Positions 41,009-53,862 of a stretch of DNA of 64,000 nt are shown here, in pieces. Source of the DNA: Heterodontus francisci (Eukaryota); the NCBI RefSeq assembly GCF_036365525.1, contig NC_090400.1, forward strand, positions 59,425,633-59,489,632. Direction: 5' to 3'. A program made the translations under genes and the position numbers. The notes below the pieces were generated by a model that worked only from the letters and a program-made list of their open reading frames with translations, did not search any database and was not told the origin of the DNA. The stretch's first letter is position 1, and every line of letters begins with the position of its first letter.

Positions 41009-43430
41009 GTGAGTTGCTTAGAACTGAAGTGTGGGGCAAGGAGACACAAGGAAAATCTTGTTTCATTGATCTTACCACCAATAAAGGGGAAAGCTAGTGA
41101 TTGGCTAAAATTGTTGTATTTTATTCATTTAACATGAAACTAAAATTACTTCTAGGATTAAACCAATGCTGATTCTGATAATTAGCCTTGCTTTTATAAA
41201 AGAGCTTGTAGTATTGCAGGATGTTGCCCCTTTGACTTTGGTCCTTGAGTTCAAATCCAGCCTTGATGGGTCAGGGTGGAAGTCTTGCTTTAGTTTCCTA
41301 GTTTCATTTTTATTTTAATTTTATTTTCCCCTCTGCATGAAGCGAGTGATTCCAGCTGAAGTGAGTTTGGGATCGTCTCTATTCCCCAGTGGGCAAGGGC
41401 CCAGCCTGTGAGAGCTGTCCATCAACGAGAATTTGGCTCTGGGTTTCAGCACCTCACCCAGGATTCAGCCTCTTCAGCTGTGCGTCTCTCCCTCGTTGCC
41501 ACATTGAGGCGGGTGTGTGGCAGCACAGCAGAGATTCTTTTATTCTGCAAACAACCGGGACACACTTAAAACTGGCGCCCACTGCCTGAAATCAAGAATG
41601 GTTTTGCTACCAAAGCACGTTGTGCCAGGATGGGCAAAAATTCATCTTCAAAAATTAGTTTTTGTTTTGAAGGTTGCAGATTGATGTAGATTCAGGTGTC
41701 CGTTCTGGGCAAACTGTGGCCCATACTGACCCTATCCTCATTCATTTTCAGAAATGTAACTTTCAGTTACAATTTAGAAAACAGCCAATTTGCACACAGC
41801 AAGCTCCCCAAACAGCAATGAAATAAAAGATCAGATAGTTAGGTATATTGATTGAGGGATCAATATTGACCAGGACTGGGGGAGCTCTCTTACTGTTGTC
41901 TGAAATAGTGGCTGTGGGATCTTTTACATCCACCAGAGAGGGCAGACGGAGCCTCAGTTTAACATCTACTTGGAAAGAGGGCACCCCTGACAGGGCTGGG
42001 GCTGTGCCCCCCCGCCCCCCCCAACTTTGCCGTGGTCTCTGACAGGGCTGCACCTCCCCAACCCCCCACCCCGCCCTTGCTGCAGACCCTCCAACAAGGG
42101 CGTGTGCCCTCTGTGCGGCCCTGGGAGCACCAGCCTGGGTTATGGGGTTGAGGCTCTGGGGTGGGGCTTGAGGCCACAGCCTTTTGACTGAGGCGAGAGA
42201 GTGAGTGCTACCTGCAGAGCTGCACCTGGCACCGTGACGGGAGAGATTTCTTGTGGGTGAGGGTGGACTGTCATGTGTTTTGTGAAGTAATTTTGATATT
42301 CACCAGTGAGACCTGATTTTCTGTATATTTCTTGTCAGCCGATGGCCCTGATGAACTTTTCTATTTCAGCAGTGCCGTACCAGAGCCAAGTGGCTCATGT
42401 AACACACTGGCGCACTCTGTGGGTTGGAGTGTGATATTACTTGAATAAACCTTTTTTTTGGACTTGTTTGCATGAGGTTCCAGTTCTTGCTAGGCTGGGG
42501 GTTTGAACTGTAGAACACTGCAGAGGCGCCAGTCAGCCTGTGCGATTTCAGAAACTCTCCTCTCTCCTCGAGGGTTTTCAGCAGCAGTAAAATGAGACTG
42601 CTGTGGCGCCCACAGTCCAGACACTGTCAACAGGGGTCATGTGGGAACGATCAGGAGCAGGCACCCTTCTGCCTGCTCAAACTGGGAGTTGGTGAGGTGG
42701 GCAGCAGCCTCTTAACACCCTCAGGGCAGCCATCATACAATCAGCGAATCTTAAAGTGCAGAAAACCATAAAGAGGAGCAGGGGTAGGCCATTCGGCCCC
42801 TCGAGCCTGCTCCACGAGGCCTTTCAGCATGTCATTCCTGTGCTGGCTCTTTGAAGCAGCCATGCAATTAATCCACACCCCACTCCTCTTCCCCCCCACC
42901 ACCACCCCGCTCAGCCTCCCCCCCCCCCCCCCTTCTCCCCGCCCCCCCCCCCACCGGCGCTCTGCCTCCCCTCCCTTCCCCCGCCCCCCCTTAGAGCAGA
43001 GAAGGTTAAGAGGAGATCCAGTCGAGGTGTTCAAAATCATGAGTGGTTTTGATGGAGTAAATAGTTTCTCTTTGATCACCCAGCCAGCTATCTAGGTAAA
43101 TAGAGGGACACAGATTTAAGATAAATGGAGTTAAACCAAGAGGAGAGATGAGACATTTTTGCACACAGAGTCCAGATCTGGAATGTGCTGCCTGAAGTGG
43201 TGGAAGCAGGTTCAGTAATAACTTTCAAAGGGGAATTGAATAAATACTTGAGGGAAACAAACTACAGGGCTAAGGGGAAAAGCGTACAGTGGGGAAGCTC
43301 TACCAACGAAACAGCACAGGCATGATGGGCTGAATGACCTCCATCTGTGCTGTATTATTCTTTGATTCTGAATATGGGAGTAATACTGGGGCTCAAGTCC
43401 AGCCTAACCATCTCCCTTTCATTACTCCAG

Positions 43431-43508
43431 GATTACAAAGTAGATGAGGATCCTGCAATATACAAATCAATCAAGACGGGTCGTGGGCAACTAGGCCCTA
43501 ATTGGAAG
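43431..43508 (+). CDS. PITPNA: PITP alpha exon 8 ([26 protein letters not shown])
   Basis: CAG/GT boundaries; KSIKTGRG is alpha-like. Confidence 0.95.
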
Positions 43509-43629
43509 GTACATACCCTGTGATCACTTGGATCCGTTATTAAATGACTGTGATTGGCTGAAATATGTACTGGTGTTGTTACGAGGCTTGTTAATGTACA
43601 AATATTCAAATAATATGCAGAGACAGATG

Positions 43630-44008
43630 TGTTAGATGCAGAGTAAAGCTCCCACTACACTGTTCCCATCAAATACTCCCAGGACATGTACAGCACGGGG
43701 TTGGATGCAGAGTGGAACTCCCTCTGCACTGTCCCCATCAAACACTCCCAGGACGGGTATAGCACGGGGGTTAAATACAGAGTAAAGCTCCCTCTACACT
43801 GTCCCCATCAAACACTCCCAGGACAGGTACAGCACTGGGTTAGATACAGAGTAAAGCTCCCTCTACACTGTCCCCATCAAACACTCCCAGGACAGGTACA
43901 GCACGGGGGTTAGATACAGAATAAAGCTCCCTCTACACTGTCCCCATCAAACACTCCCAGGACAGGTACAGCACGGGGTTAGATACAGAGTAAAGCTCCC
44001 TCTACACT
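43630..44008 (+). repeat. Uninterrupted 69-bp repeat array (~5.5 units) in PITP intron 8
   Basis: Same unit, no inserts. Confidence 0.93.
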
Positions 44009-44202
44009 TAACTGCCTTCAACTGCCCTTGGAAATGGCCCTAAGTTGGCACTCAGTTGTTTCAAAGCCCAAGTGGATCAAGAAGACTCACCGACCCCATC
44101 TCAGCCCAACCAGGGATGGGCAATAAATGCCAGACTTGCGAGTGACACCTAATCCCAAGAATGCAGGTCTCACTGGGCACCTCGATCTCCATTTTGTTGC
44201 AG

Positions 44203-44313
44203 AAAGAACTGGCGAAGAGAAGAGATTGGCCGCACATGTGTGCTTACAAACTGGTGACCGTGAAGTTTAAGTGGTGGGGCCTTCAGACTAAAGTGGAGAA
44301 TTTCATACAGAAG
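44203..44313 (+). CDS. PITPNA: PITP alpha exon 9 ([37 protein letters not shown])
   Basis: CAG/GTGAG boundaries; MCAYKLV and membrane-docking WW motif. Confidence 0.95.
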
Positions 44314-44924
44314 GTGAGTGAGTGAGCAAGTGTGGGCCAGGAAGGCAGAGTGCTGATACTTACACTGGGCTGAGAGCAGCTGAGGGGAAAAACAAGGCAC
44401 AAAATGGCAGAGATGATGTGCAGTTACACAGCATCTACAGGCAACTCTCTCAAGTGTTTCAATTGCGAAGTGCAGTAATTTATATAGGGAAAGAGCCCAG
44501 CAGGTATTGTGTTCAGCAAGATCCCACAAATAGTAATGTGGCTAATGACCAGTAAATCTGTTTTTTGTTTTGGTTATATCAGTTCGTAGCCTGAATAGGA
44601 CAGAGGAGGACATTCAGCCCATTATGCCTGTGCTGGCTCTTTGAAAGAGCTATCCATTTAGTCCCACTCCTCCTGCTCTCTCCCCACATCCCTACCAATA
44701 TTTCGTTTTGAAGTATTTATCCAATTCCCTTTTGAAAGTTACTATTGAATCTGCTTCCACCGCCCTTTCAGGCAGCACGTTCCAGATCACAACAACTCAC
44801 TGTGTAAAAAAATCTTTCTCCTCGCCTCCCCTCTGGTTCTTTTGCCAATTATCTTAAATCTCCGTCCTCTGCTTATTAACCCTCCTGCCACTGGAAACTG
44901 TTTCTCATTCACTATTCATAATTT

Positions 44925-45270
44925 GGGGCGGCGCAGTGGTTAGCACCGCAGCCTCACAGCTCCAGCGACCGGGGTTCAATTCTGGGTACTGCCTGTGTGG
45001 AGTTTGCAAGTTCTCCCTGTGTCTGCGTGGGTTTCCTCCGGGTGCTCTGGTTTCCTCCCACATGCTAAAGACTTGCAGGTTGATAGGTGAATTGGCCATT
45101 ATAAATTGCCACTAGTATAGGTAGGTGGTAGGGGAATATAGGGACAGGTGGGGATGTGGTAGGAATATGGGATTAGTGCAGGATTAGTATAAATGGGTGG
45201 TTAATGGTCGGCACAGACTCGGTGGGCCGAAGGGCCTGTTTCAGTGCTGTATCTCTAAATCTAAAAAAAA
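44925..45270 (+). mobile_element. HE1-like V-SINE nested in a CR1 fragment
   Basis: Close match to the 34 kb copy. Confidence 0.88.
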
Positions 45271-46431
45271 ATCTTCATGATTTCGAATGCTTTGACCAAA
45301 TCTCCCCTTAACCACCTCTGTTGGAAAAAAACAACTCAGCTTCTCCAAGTGAGGGAGGAATGTTGGCCAGGACACTGGGAGAACAAAATATTCTGCGCCT
45401 CCGATGTGCAGCACCCCCTCAGTACTGCCCCGAAGAGTTACCCTAGGTGATGTGGCCCAGTCCTGTATAGCAAGGACTGCACCCGCAATCTTCAGGCTTA
45501 GTGTGACCACCTGAACCCAAAAGTAAAGGTGGGGAGGGGTATTAGACTATCAGTGAGTCCATAGAATATGAGCTGATCCAAAATTCTGCCAGTATCCAAA
45601 CTCGTACAGTCCCGTTCCCTATCATCCCTGTGCTCGCTGACCTACATTGGCACCCAGCCAAGCAACACCTCGATTTTAAAATTCTCATCTTTATTTGCAA
45701 TTCCCTCCATGGCCTTGCTCCTCCCTAACTCTGTAACCTCTTCCAGTCCCGCAACGCTCCAAGATATCTGCACTCCAATTCTGGCCTCTTGAGCATCCCC
45801 GATTTTAATTGCTCTGCAATTGGCAGCTGTGCTTTTAGCTGCCCGGGTCCTAAACTCTGGAATTCCTTCACTAATCCTCTCCATCTCTCTGCCTCTCTCC
45901 TCCTTTAAGATGCTCCTCAAAACCTACCTTTTTGACCAAGCTTTTAACCATCTTCCTAATATCACCTTATGTGGCTTGGTGTCCAATTTTGTTTGATCAC
46001 TCCTGTGAAGCACCTTGGGAACATTTTACTCTGTTAAAGATGCTATATAAATGTAATTGTTGTTGTGGCACGAATTGGATAGCTCTTAACAAAGAGCTGG
46101 CACAAACACGATGGGCTAAATGGTCACCTCCAGTGCTGTATGATTCTCTGGTTGGATGATGCCATTAGAATCCAGTCTTGCTGGTGAAAGGGAGGAGATG
46201 GGAATCAAAATTGAGCAGTTATCCCCACTATCCCAGAGGAGTGATGCAAGTGACCGGACCTGGGAATTGTTGCTTCAATGCTGCAACATGCAGACTGAGC
46301 TCTGTAATAACCGCGTACTTTGCTGCGGCTCGTGTCTGGCTCTGAGGTGATGTCGACTTCAGATTTTTTTTAAAAACTTGTGCGGCTGGTGTTGCTGATT
46401 GTTGGGTCTTTTTATGTCTGTTTGAGTGCAG

Positions 46432-46554
46432 CAGGAAAGGCGTTTATTCACAGTTTTCCACCGGCAGCTGTTCTGTTGGATGGACAGGTGGATCGACCTT
46501 ACCATGGATGACATTCGCCGCATGGAAGAGGAGACCAAGAAGGAGCTGGACGAG
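46432..46554 (+). CDS. PITPNA: PITP alpha exon 10 ([41 protein letters not shown])
   Basis: CAGCAG (NAGNAG) acceptor, GT donor, conserved G-helix peptide. Confidence 0.95.
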
Positions 46555-47907
46555 GTACATTGAGCATGGGCTTAGCTGCGTAGTGGGTATCTGGTCACCA
46601 CAGCTCCCTCTGGCACAGCCTGTTAAGACAGAGTTTCTGCAATCCAGGCACACCCCACCCCCACCCCCCCCACCACCCCCCAACTTATCCCCAAACTGTG
46701 CTGAGTTAGCAGAACTCGACTGCGTTTGGCATCATTTCCCCCCGCTCCACCAGATCATGCCAATGCCAAATGGGGGAGCCCCCCCTGCCCCCATAACCGG
46801 GGCCTTGTCAACTGGGGCAGCCCCACTCTGTTGCCAGGCGATTGGGGGCCAAGCTCAGATGGTCCAGTCCTATCTGAATTTCCTGGGCCTGGTGGTTGGA
46901 AAGGGCTGTTTTTGCTGCAGTTGCTTCCAAAATCAGAACACCAGGATCCTGAGAATGAATGGAAAAGGATTGAGTGTTCAGTTCTGTACAACCACTGCAA
47001 TTCCAACCCATGTTGTGGGGGTGCAAAGTCGGGCCCTTCGCCACACTGAGGCCCCTTCTCCGCTCTGATCCCGCATCCATTTCTAGGCCTCCTCAATCTA
47101 TGCTTCGTCTGAGAAGTAACTCAGGAAACTGGTGTTCCTGATCTTCCTGATCTAGGCATGATGTGTTGAATGGCTGCCTGTGTTGTATCATTTACATCAC
47201 TTGTAAATAAAAATGCCCAGTTTTCCCTGTTAAATGATATTGCCTGGGCTCTTGCTGTAGTTTGAGTCTGGGGAGAGAATGCAGCTCCTGTTGGGAGGGG
47301 CTATTGGAAGGCAGCAGATCCAAGGGGCACAGTCTAACTGTCTCAAATAAAATCATTCAGAAAAGCAGAGACTGTGGCCCAATACTCTGCTCACTTGGAA
47401 TATGTTTAATGGAGATCCCAGTTTAAAGAGTCATCGTGGAATGCTGCTTCTGGAACATTCCCCACCTCCCAGTGTGTAAAGGCATGATAAACAGTGAGTG
47501 AGACAGGTTGAGTTAAGGTATTTCCCTCTTTTTGAAGTCAGACAAGTGCAATGTCCATCTACTCGGCCTTGCAGTAATATCCTGTAACAGCCAGAGTTTC
47601 CCGCTGGTGATTGGGACACAGTGGAATCGGCAGTGATGTCACTTTTTGTGTCATTTTAATCTCACTGCTGTCCACAGTCTCTCGCCCATCAAAGCAGAAT
47701 TGTTAGCCACTTCTCCCACGCTCTTCATTCTGTACTTGACAAAGAAAACTAAGGGAAAATTCAACTCGTCACTAGAGGCTGAGGTGTGTTGGGGTTCGGG
47801 TTTAGGGGGGATATTGAAGACATGCTAGGGTTTGGGTCTTGTGGTCAATGTTGGGTGTGTGTTGGGGTCTACAGTGATGTGTACAATGATAATCCTTCTC
47901 CCTGCAG

Positions 47908-47955
47908 ATGATATTGAATGGTCCAGTGAGGGGACTGACAGCTACTGATGATTAG
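47908..47955 (+). CDS. PITPNA: PITP alpha last coding exon (MILNGPVRGLTATDD*); exon runs to 47976
   Basis: CCCTGCAG acceptor; resembles alpha C-terminus MRQKDPVKGMTADD; TAG at 47953-55; GTAAGT donor at 47977. Confidence 0.88.
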   Translation: MILNGPVRGLTATDD

Positions 47956-48424
47956 CACCACTTTCCTGTTTATGCTGTAAGTACAGTGCAGCCTGTTAAC
48001 CTATAGAATGTCTTGGATCTAAGTAAAAAAGCTTGTATTTATATAGCGCCTTTAATATAGTACAACATCCCAAGCACTTGGCAGTCGGTGTTTTGCAGTC
48101 AGCGATGTTAAGAACATTTAGTAATTCTGAAGTTCGTACGCCATTAAAAACCCTCATTCGTTACACCTCATTCAGCAGGATGTATTGTTCAAGGATTTTT
48201 AGGGTAAAAGTAGAAGTTTTCATTAAATGATGATGGCTTGGGGATTGCTGTCTGTGGGATCCTTTACAGCTTGCCCAATGGAGGAGCATGGGCTCCGACA
48301 GGAACTTCTGGGTTTCTGCATTATCCTGCACGTGGCCAGAATCCACGTTGCTGTCAGTTTCAGTGGAGTAATGAGGGCGAATATTGACAGTGACACTGTC
48401 ATTACCACAGCAAAATCCAACCTG

Positions 48425-49105
48425 TCGCCAAACAAAATTTGACAGTGAGTCATATGAGATATTAGGGCAGCTGACCGAAAGCTTGGTCAAAAAGGTAGGT
48501 TTTAAGGAGCATCTTAAAGGAGGAGAGAGGTGGAGAGGTTTAGGGAGGGAATTCCAGAGCTTAGGGCCCAGGCAGCTGAAGGCACGGCCACCAATGGTGG
48601 AGCGATTAAAATCAAGAGGCCAGAATTGGAGGAGTGCAGAGATCTGAGGGATGTGGGGCTGGAGGAGGTTACAGAGATAGGGAGGGGCGAGGGATTTGAA
48701 AATGGGAATGAGAATTTCAGAATTCAAGTGTTGCTTGACCAGGAGCCAGTGTAGGTCAGTGAGCCCAGGAGTTGATGGGTGAAAGGGACTTGGTGCGAGT
48801 TAAGATATGGGCTGCAGAGTTTTGGATGAGTTTAAGATTACAGAGAGTAGGTGATGGAAGGCTGGCCATGAGAACATTGGAATTCTTGAGTCTGGAGATA
48901 ACAAAGGCATGGATGAGGATTTCATCAACCGGTCAGCTGAGGCGGGGTGGAGGTGGGCAATGTTAGAGGTGGAGGTAGGCGGTCTTAATGGCGTTGGAAG
49001 CTCAGCTGAGAGTGGAATAGGAAGTGTGTGAAGCGTCTGGTTCACCCTCAGACAGTGGCCAAGGAGCGGGATGAAGTCCGTGGCTAGGGAACTGAGTTTA
49101 TTGTG
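48425..49105 (-). mobile_element. L2-type LINE 3' fragment; similar pieces near 7780-8170, 36830-37420, 45575-46060, 57730-58510, 59490-59830
   Basis: GGRAFSCLGPKLWNSLPK motif on the minus strand. Confidence 0.8.
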
Positions 49106-49429
49106 TGGCACAGGACGAACACAGCAGCCTGCCCTCTACCTGTAGCGACCCGCGGGCATCGACATCTCGGGTCACGGTCACCTCCAAGGTGTCCATGGCC
49201 AATGCTTCCCTTCTCTCCCGACACCCAGTATATGGAGTGGGACTGCAGATTACTGGCATTCTCACTGCAAGGGGACTAATGAGTGTTGATTAAATCCTGG
49301 GTGAAAAGCCAAATCCCACAGTCCAGGACATCACCGGAGCTGAGAGGATTAGGAGAGATGATGAAAATTGGAGAGCAGTGTCTGGGTGAGATCAAACTTT
49401 AACCAGAGATAAAACATCAGGGTGAGAGA

Positions 49430-52400
49430 TGCTGACCACAAGAGGAACTTGGAGTGGGAGGGGGAGGATCCAGTTGTCGTGGTCCACGTAGGTACCAACG
49501 ACATAGATAGGACTAGGAAAGAGGTTCTGTTGAGGGTCTATGAGCAGCTTGGGGCTAAATTAAAAAGCAGAACCTCAAAGGTAATACTGTCTGGATTACT
49601 ACCTGAGCCATGTGCAAATTGGCATAGGGTAAATAGATTAGAGAGGTAAACGTGACGCTCAAAGATTGTTGTAGGAGAAATGGGTTCCAATTCATGGAGC
49701 ACTGGCACCAGTACTGGGGAAGGAGAGAACTGTTCTGTTGGGACGGGCTTCATTTGAACCATGCTGGGGCCAGTGTCCTGGCGAATCATATAACTAGGGT
49801 TGTAGATAAAGCTTTAAACTAAATAGTGAGGGGGAGGGTTCAATTGAAGGGAAGTTTATAAAATCAAAAAGAAACGAGAGAGCAGAGGTGCAGGGTAGTG
49901 ACGAGGCGAACGTTAATCAAAGTGTGACAGGAAGGGGCAGAAAATATAAGCAGAAGAGTGCAGCAGAAATCAGAACCAGGATGAGTAATAATGGTAAAAA
50001 GTCAAAGCTTCAGGCTCTTTATCTGAATGCACGCAGCATTTGTAACTGGATAGATGAGTTGACAGCACAAATAGAAATAAATGAATATGACTTGATAGCT
50101 ATTACAGAGATGTGGTTGCAGGGTGACCAAGACTGGGAACTCAATATTCCAGGGTATTCGACGTTCTGGAAAAATAAACAAAAAGGAAAAGGAGGTGGGG
50201 TAGCTTTGTTAATAAAGGAAGGTATCAGTGTGTTGGTGAGTAGTGATATAGGTGCAATAGATTGTGATGTGGAATCAATTTGGGTGAAAATAAGGAATAG
50301 CATGGGGGTGGTAGTCACAGGTGGGAGTGGTCTATAGGTCCCTGAAGTGTTGCCTTTCTGTAGGATAAAGTATAAATCAGAAAATAACGGAAGCGTGTAA
50401 GAAGGGCACTACAATTGTCATGGGTGATTTTAATCTGCATATAGACTCGACAATCAGATTGGCAGAGGTAACATGGAAGACAAATTTGTAGAGTGCATCA
50501 GGGATCGTTACTTAGAGCAATACGTTGCAGAACCTACCCAGGAAACAAGCTATTTTAGATCTAGTAGTGTGTAATGAGGTCGGATTAATAAGAGATATCG
50601 TAGTTAAGGATCCTCTAGGTGGTAGCAATCACAACATAGTAGAATATCAAATTCAGTTTGAGGGCGAGCAACTCTGGTCTTAAACCAGTGTCTTCAACTT
50701 AAACAAGGGCAATTACAAAGGTATGAAGAAAGAGTTGTCTAAAGTGGGCTGGGAAAATAGACTAAGGGGAAGGTCAGTGGATGAGCAGTGGCAGACAGTT
50801 AAGCAGATATTTCATAAAGCTCAGCAAAAATTTATCCTGGTCAAAAAGAAGCACTCAATGAGAAGGATGAACCACCCGTGGTTAACAAAGGCGGTCAAGG
50901 AGAGTATCCAATCAAAAACTAAGGCATACAAAGCAGCGAAAACTAGTGGTAGGCCAGAGGATTGGGAATTTTTTAGGAACCAGTAGCGGATGACTAAAAA
51001 GCTAATAAAGAGGGAGAAAATTGATTATGAAAATAAATTGGCAAGAAATATAAAAACAAACAGCAAGAACTTCTACGGGTATATAAAAAGAGAGTAGTTA
51101 AAGTGAGCGTGGGACCCTTGGAGGATGTGACTAGAGAATTGGTAATGGGGAACAGGGAAATGGCAGATAATTTAAACCAATATTTTCCATCAGTCTTCAC
51201 GGTGGAGGACACTATAAACATCCCACATATATCAGATAAGCAAGGAGCTAATGGGAGGAAAGATCTTGTAACAGTCTCTGTCACGAGGGACAAAGTATTT
51301 GACAAACTAATGGGACTAAAGGCAGACAAGTCGCCAGGACCTGATGGCCTACATCCAAGGGTTTTAAAGGAAGTGGCTGCAGAGATAGTGGAGGCATTGG
51401 TCGAAATATTCCAGAACTCACTGGATTCCGGGAGGGTCCCAGCGGATTGGAAAACCGCTAATGTGACACCCCTGTTCAGGAAGGGAGGGAGACTAAAAGC
51501 AGGAAACTATAGGCCAGTCAGCCTAGCATCGGTCGTTGAGAAAATGCTAGAGTCCATTATTAAGGAAAAAATAGCAGGACATTTCGAAAAGCTTAACGCA
51601 ATCGAACAGAGTCAACATGGTTTTGTGAAAGGGAAATCATGTTTGACAAATTTGCTAGAGTTCTTTGAGGATATAACAAGCAGAGTTGATAAAGGGGAAT
51701 CGGTAGATGTCGTGTATTTAGATTTCCAGAAGGCATTCGATAAGGTGCCACATAAAAGATTATTGCGCAAGATGGGAGTTCACGGTATTGGGGGTAATGT
51801 ATTAGCATGGATTGAGGATTGATTAACTCACAGAAGACAGAGTCGGGATTAATGGATCTTTTTCAGGTTGGAAAGATGTAACTAGTGGAGTGCCACAAGG
51901 ATCAGTCCTCGGGCCTCAATTATTTACTATCTATATTAATGACTTGGAGGAGGGGGCAGAGTGTAATATATCCAAATTTGCTGACGATACAAAAATAGGT
52001 GGAAGGGCATGTTGTGATGAGGACATAAGGAATCTGCAAGGGGATATAGATAGGTTGAGTAAGTGGGCAAAAACTTGGCTGATGGAGTTTAATGTAGGAA
52101 AGTGTGAGGTCATGCACTTTGGTAGGAAGAATCAAAAGGCAGACTATTATTTAAATGGAGAGAGACTTCAAATAAGTGCAGCACAGAGGGATCTGGGTGT
52201 TCTTGTGCATAAAACGCAAACAGCATGCAGGTGCAGCAAGTAACTAAGAAGGCAAATGGAATTTTGGCCTTTATTGCTAAGGGGTTGGAGTTTGAAAATA
52301 GGGAAGTCTTGTTACAACTGTACAAGGGTGTTGGTGAGGCTGCACCTGGAGTACTGTGTACAGTTTTAGTCCCCGTATTTATGGAAGGATATACTGGCAT

Positions 52401-52900
52401 TGGAGGCAGTTCAAAAGAGATTCACGAGGCTGATTCCTGGGATGAAGGGGGTTGACTTATCAAGAATGGCTAAACAGGTGAGGCATTTATTCATTAGAGT
52501 TTAGAAGAATGAGGAGTGATCTTATTGAAACGTACAAGATTCTGAGGGGGCTTGACAGGGTAGATGTTGAGAAGATGTTTCCACTAGTGGGGGAATCTCG
52601 AACTAGGGGACATAGTTACAGAATAAGGGGACACTCATTTAAAACTGAGATGCGAAGGAATTTCTTCCCTGAGGGTAGTGAATGTCTGGAATTCTCTACC
52701 CCAGAGAGTTGTGGAGGCTCGATCGCAAAGTATTTAAAGAGGAGGTAGATAGATTTTTGAAATATCAGAGAGTTGAGAGCTTTGAGGAGCTGGAACGAAA
52801 GAGGAGTTGAGGTCTGGGGCAGATCGACCATGATCTTATTGAATGGTGGGGCAGGCTTGAGGGGCTGAATGGCCTACTCCTGCTCCTATTTCTTTTGTTC
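49430..52900 (+). mobile_element. Long decayed CR1 LINE: SGNH-esterase ORF1 end, APE endonuclease and RT
   Basis: VVVHVGTND and DGLHLN; LYLNARS, IAITE, GDFN; KSPGPDG, YLDFQKAFD, PQGSVLGP, KFADD; CR1 3' tail. Confidence 0.94.
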
Positions 52901-53149
52901 ATGTGTTTAAGTGACGATGTTGGATGTCAGGACAAACATGACTGTGTTCCTTCCCCCAAACCACCCCCATGCTCTGGATCCCCAGTGACGTCCATGTAGA
53001 GAGTGGGTGAGGATGGGTTTGGTCTTGGTTGTATTGCCTCCACAGTCAAGCAACCAACCAATTTTGTGCATCAATAGTCATGCACAGCAGCCAGCTTTTG
53101 GAACTACTAAACACTGAAAGGATCCAGTGGAATGCAGCTCACCAAAGGT

Positions 53150-53767
53150 TCAGCACCTTCAGGAGCTGTCCCCCAGTGAGAGTCAGCACCTTCAGGAACT
53201 GTCCCCCAGTGAGAGTCAGCACCTTCAGGAACTGTCCCCCAGTGAGAGTCAGCACCTTCAGGAACTGTCCCCCAGTGAGAGTCAGCACCTTCAGGAACTG
53301 TCCCCCAGTGAGAGTCAGCACCTTCAGGAACTGTCCCCCAGTGAGAGTCAGCACCTTCAGGAATTGTCCCCCAGTGAGAGTCAGCACCTTCAGGAGCTGT
53401 CCCCCAGTGAGAATCAGCACCTTCAGGAACTGTCCCCCAGTGAGAGTCAGCACCTTCAGGAGCTGTCCCCCAGTGAGAGTCAGCACCTTCAGGAACTGTC
53501 CCCCAGTGAGAGTCAGCACCTTCAGGAACTGTCCCCCAGTGAGAGTCAGCACCTTCAGGAACTGTCCCCCAGTGAGAGTCAGCACCTTCAGGAACTGTCC
53601 CTCAGTGAGAGTCAGCACCTTCAGGAACTGTCCCCCAGTGAGAGTCAGCACCTTCAGGAGCTGTCCCCCAGTGAGAGTCAGCACCTTCAGGAACTGTCCC
53701 TCAGTGAGAGTCAGCACCTTCAGGAACTGTCCCTCAGTGAGAGTCAGCACCTTCAGGAGCTGTCCCC
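53150..53767 (+). repeat. 33-bp minisatellite (~18-19 units)
   Basis: Unit CAGCACCTTCAGGAACTGTCCCCCAGTGAGAGT. Confidence 0.96.
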
Positions 53768-53862
53768 GAGCAGGAGGGAGAGGACCGCGAGAAATAAACT
53801 CAGGGATTGACTAATTGAAACTGATTTTGACCTGAATATTTTTTTTCCTCTTTTTGTAAAAG

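Noticed and set aside
44925-45000. tRNA gene
   Set aside because: The A/B boxes are the head of a V-SINE continuing into a SINE body and LINE-type tail.
46508-47096. Overlapping 100-190 aa ORFs
   Set aside because: Off-frame read-through from exon 10 into GC-rich intron; no recognisable domain.
53029-53814. Repeat proteins (QHLQELSPSES, and an LRR-like LKVLTLTGG frame)
   Set aside because: 33-bp VNTR open in several frames on both strands, with no splice or start context.
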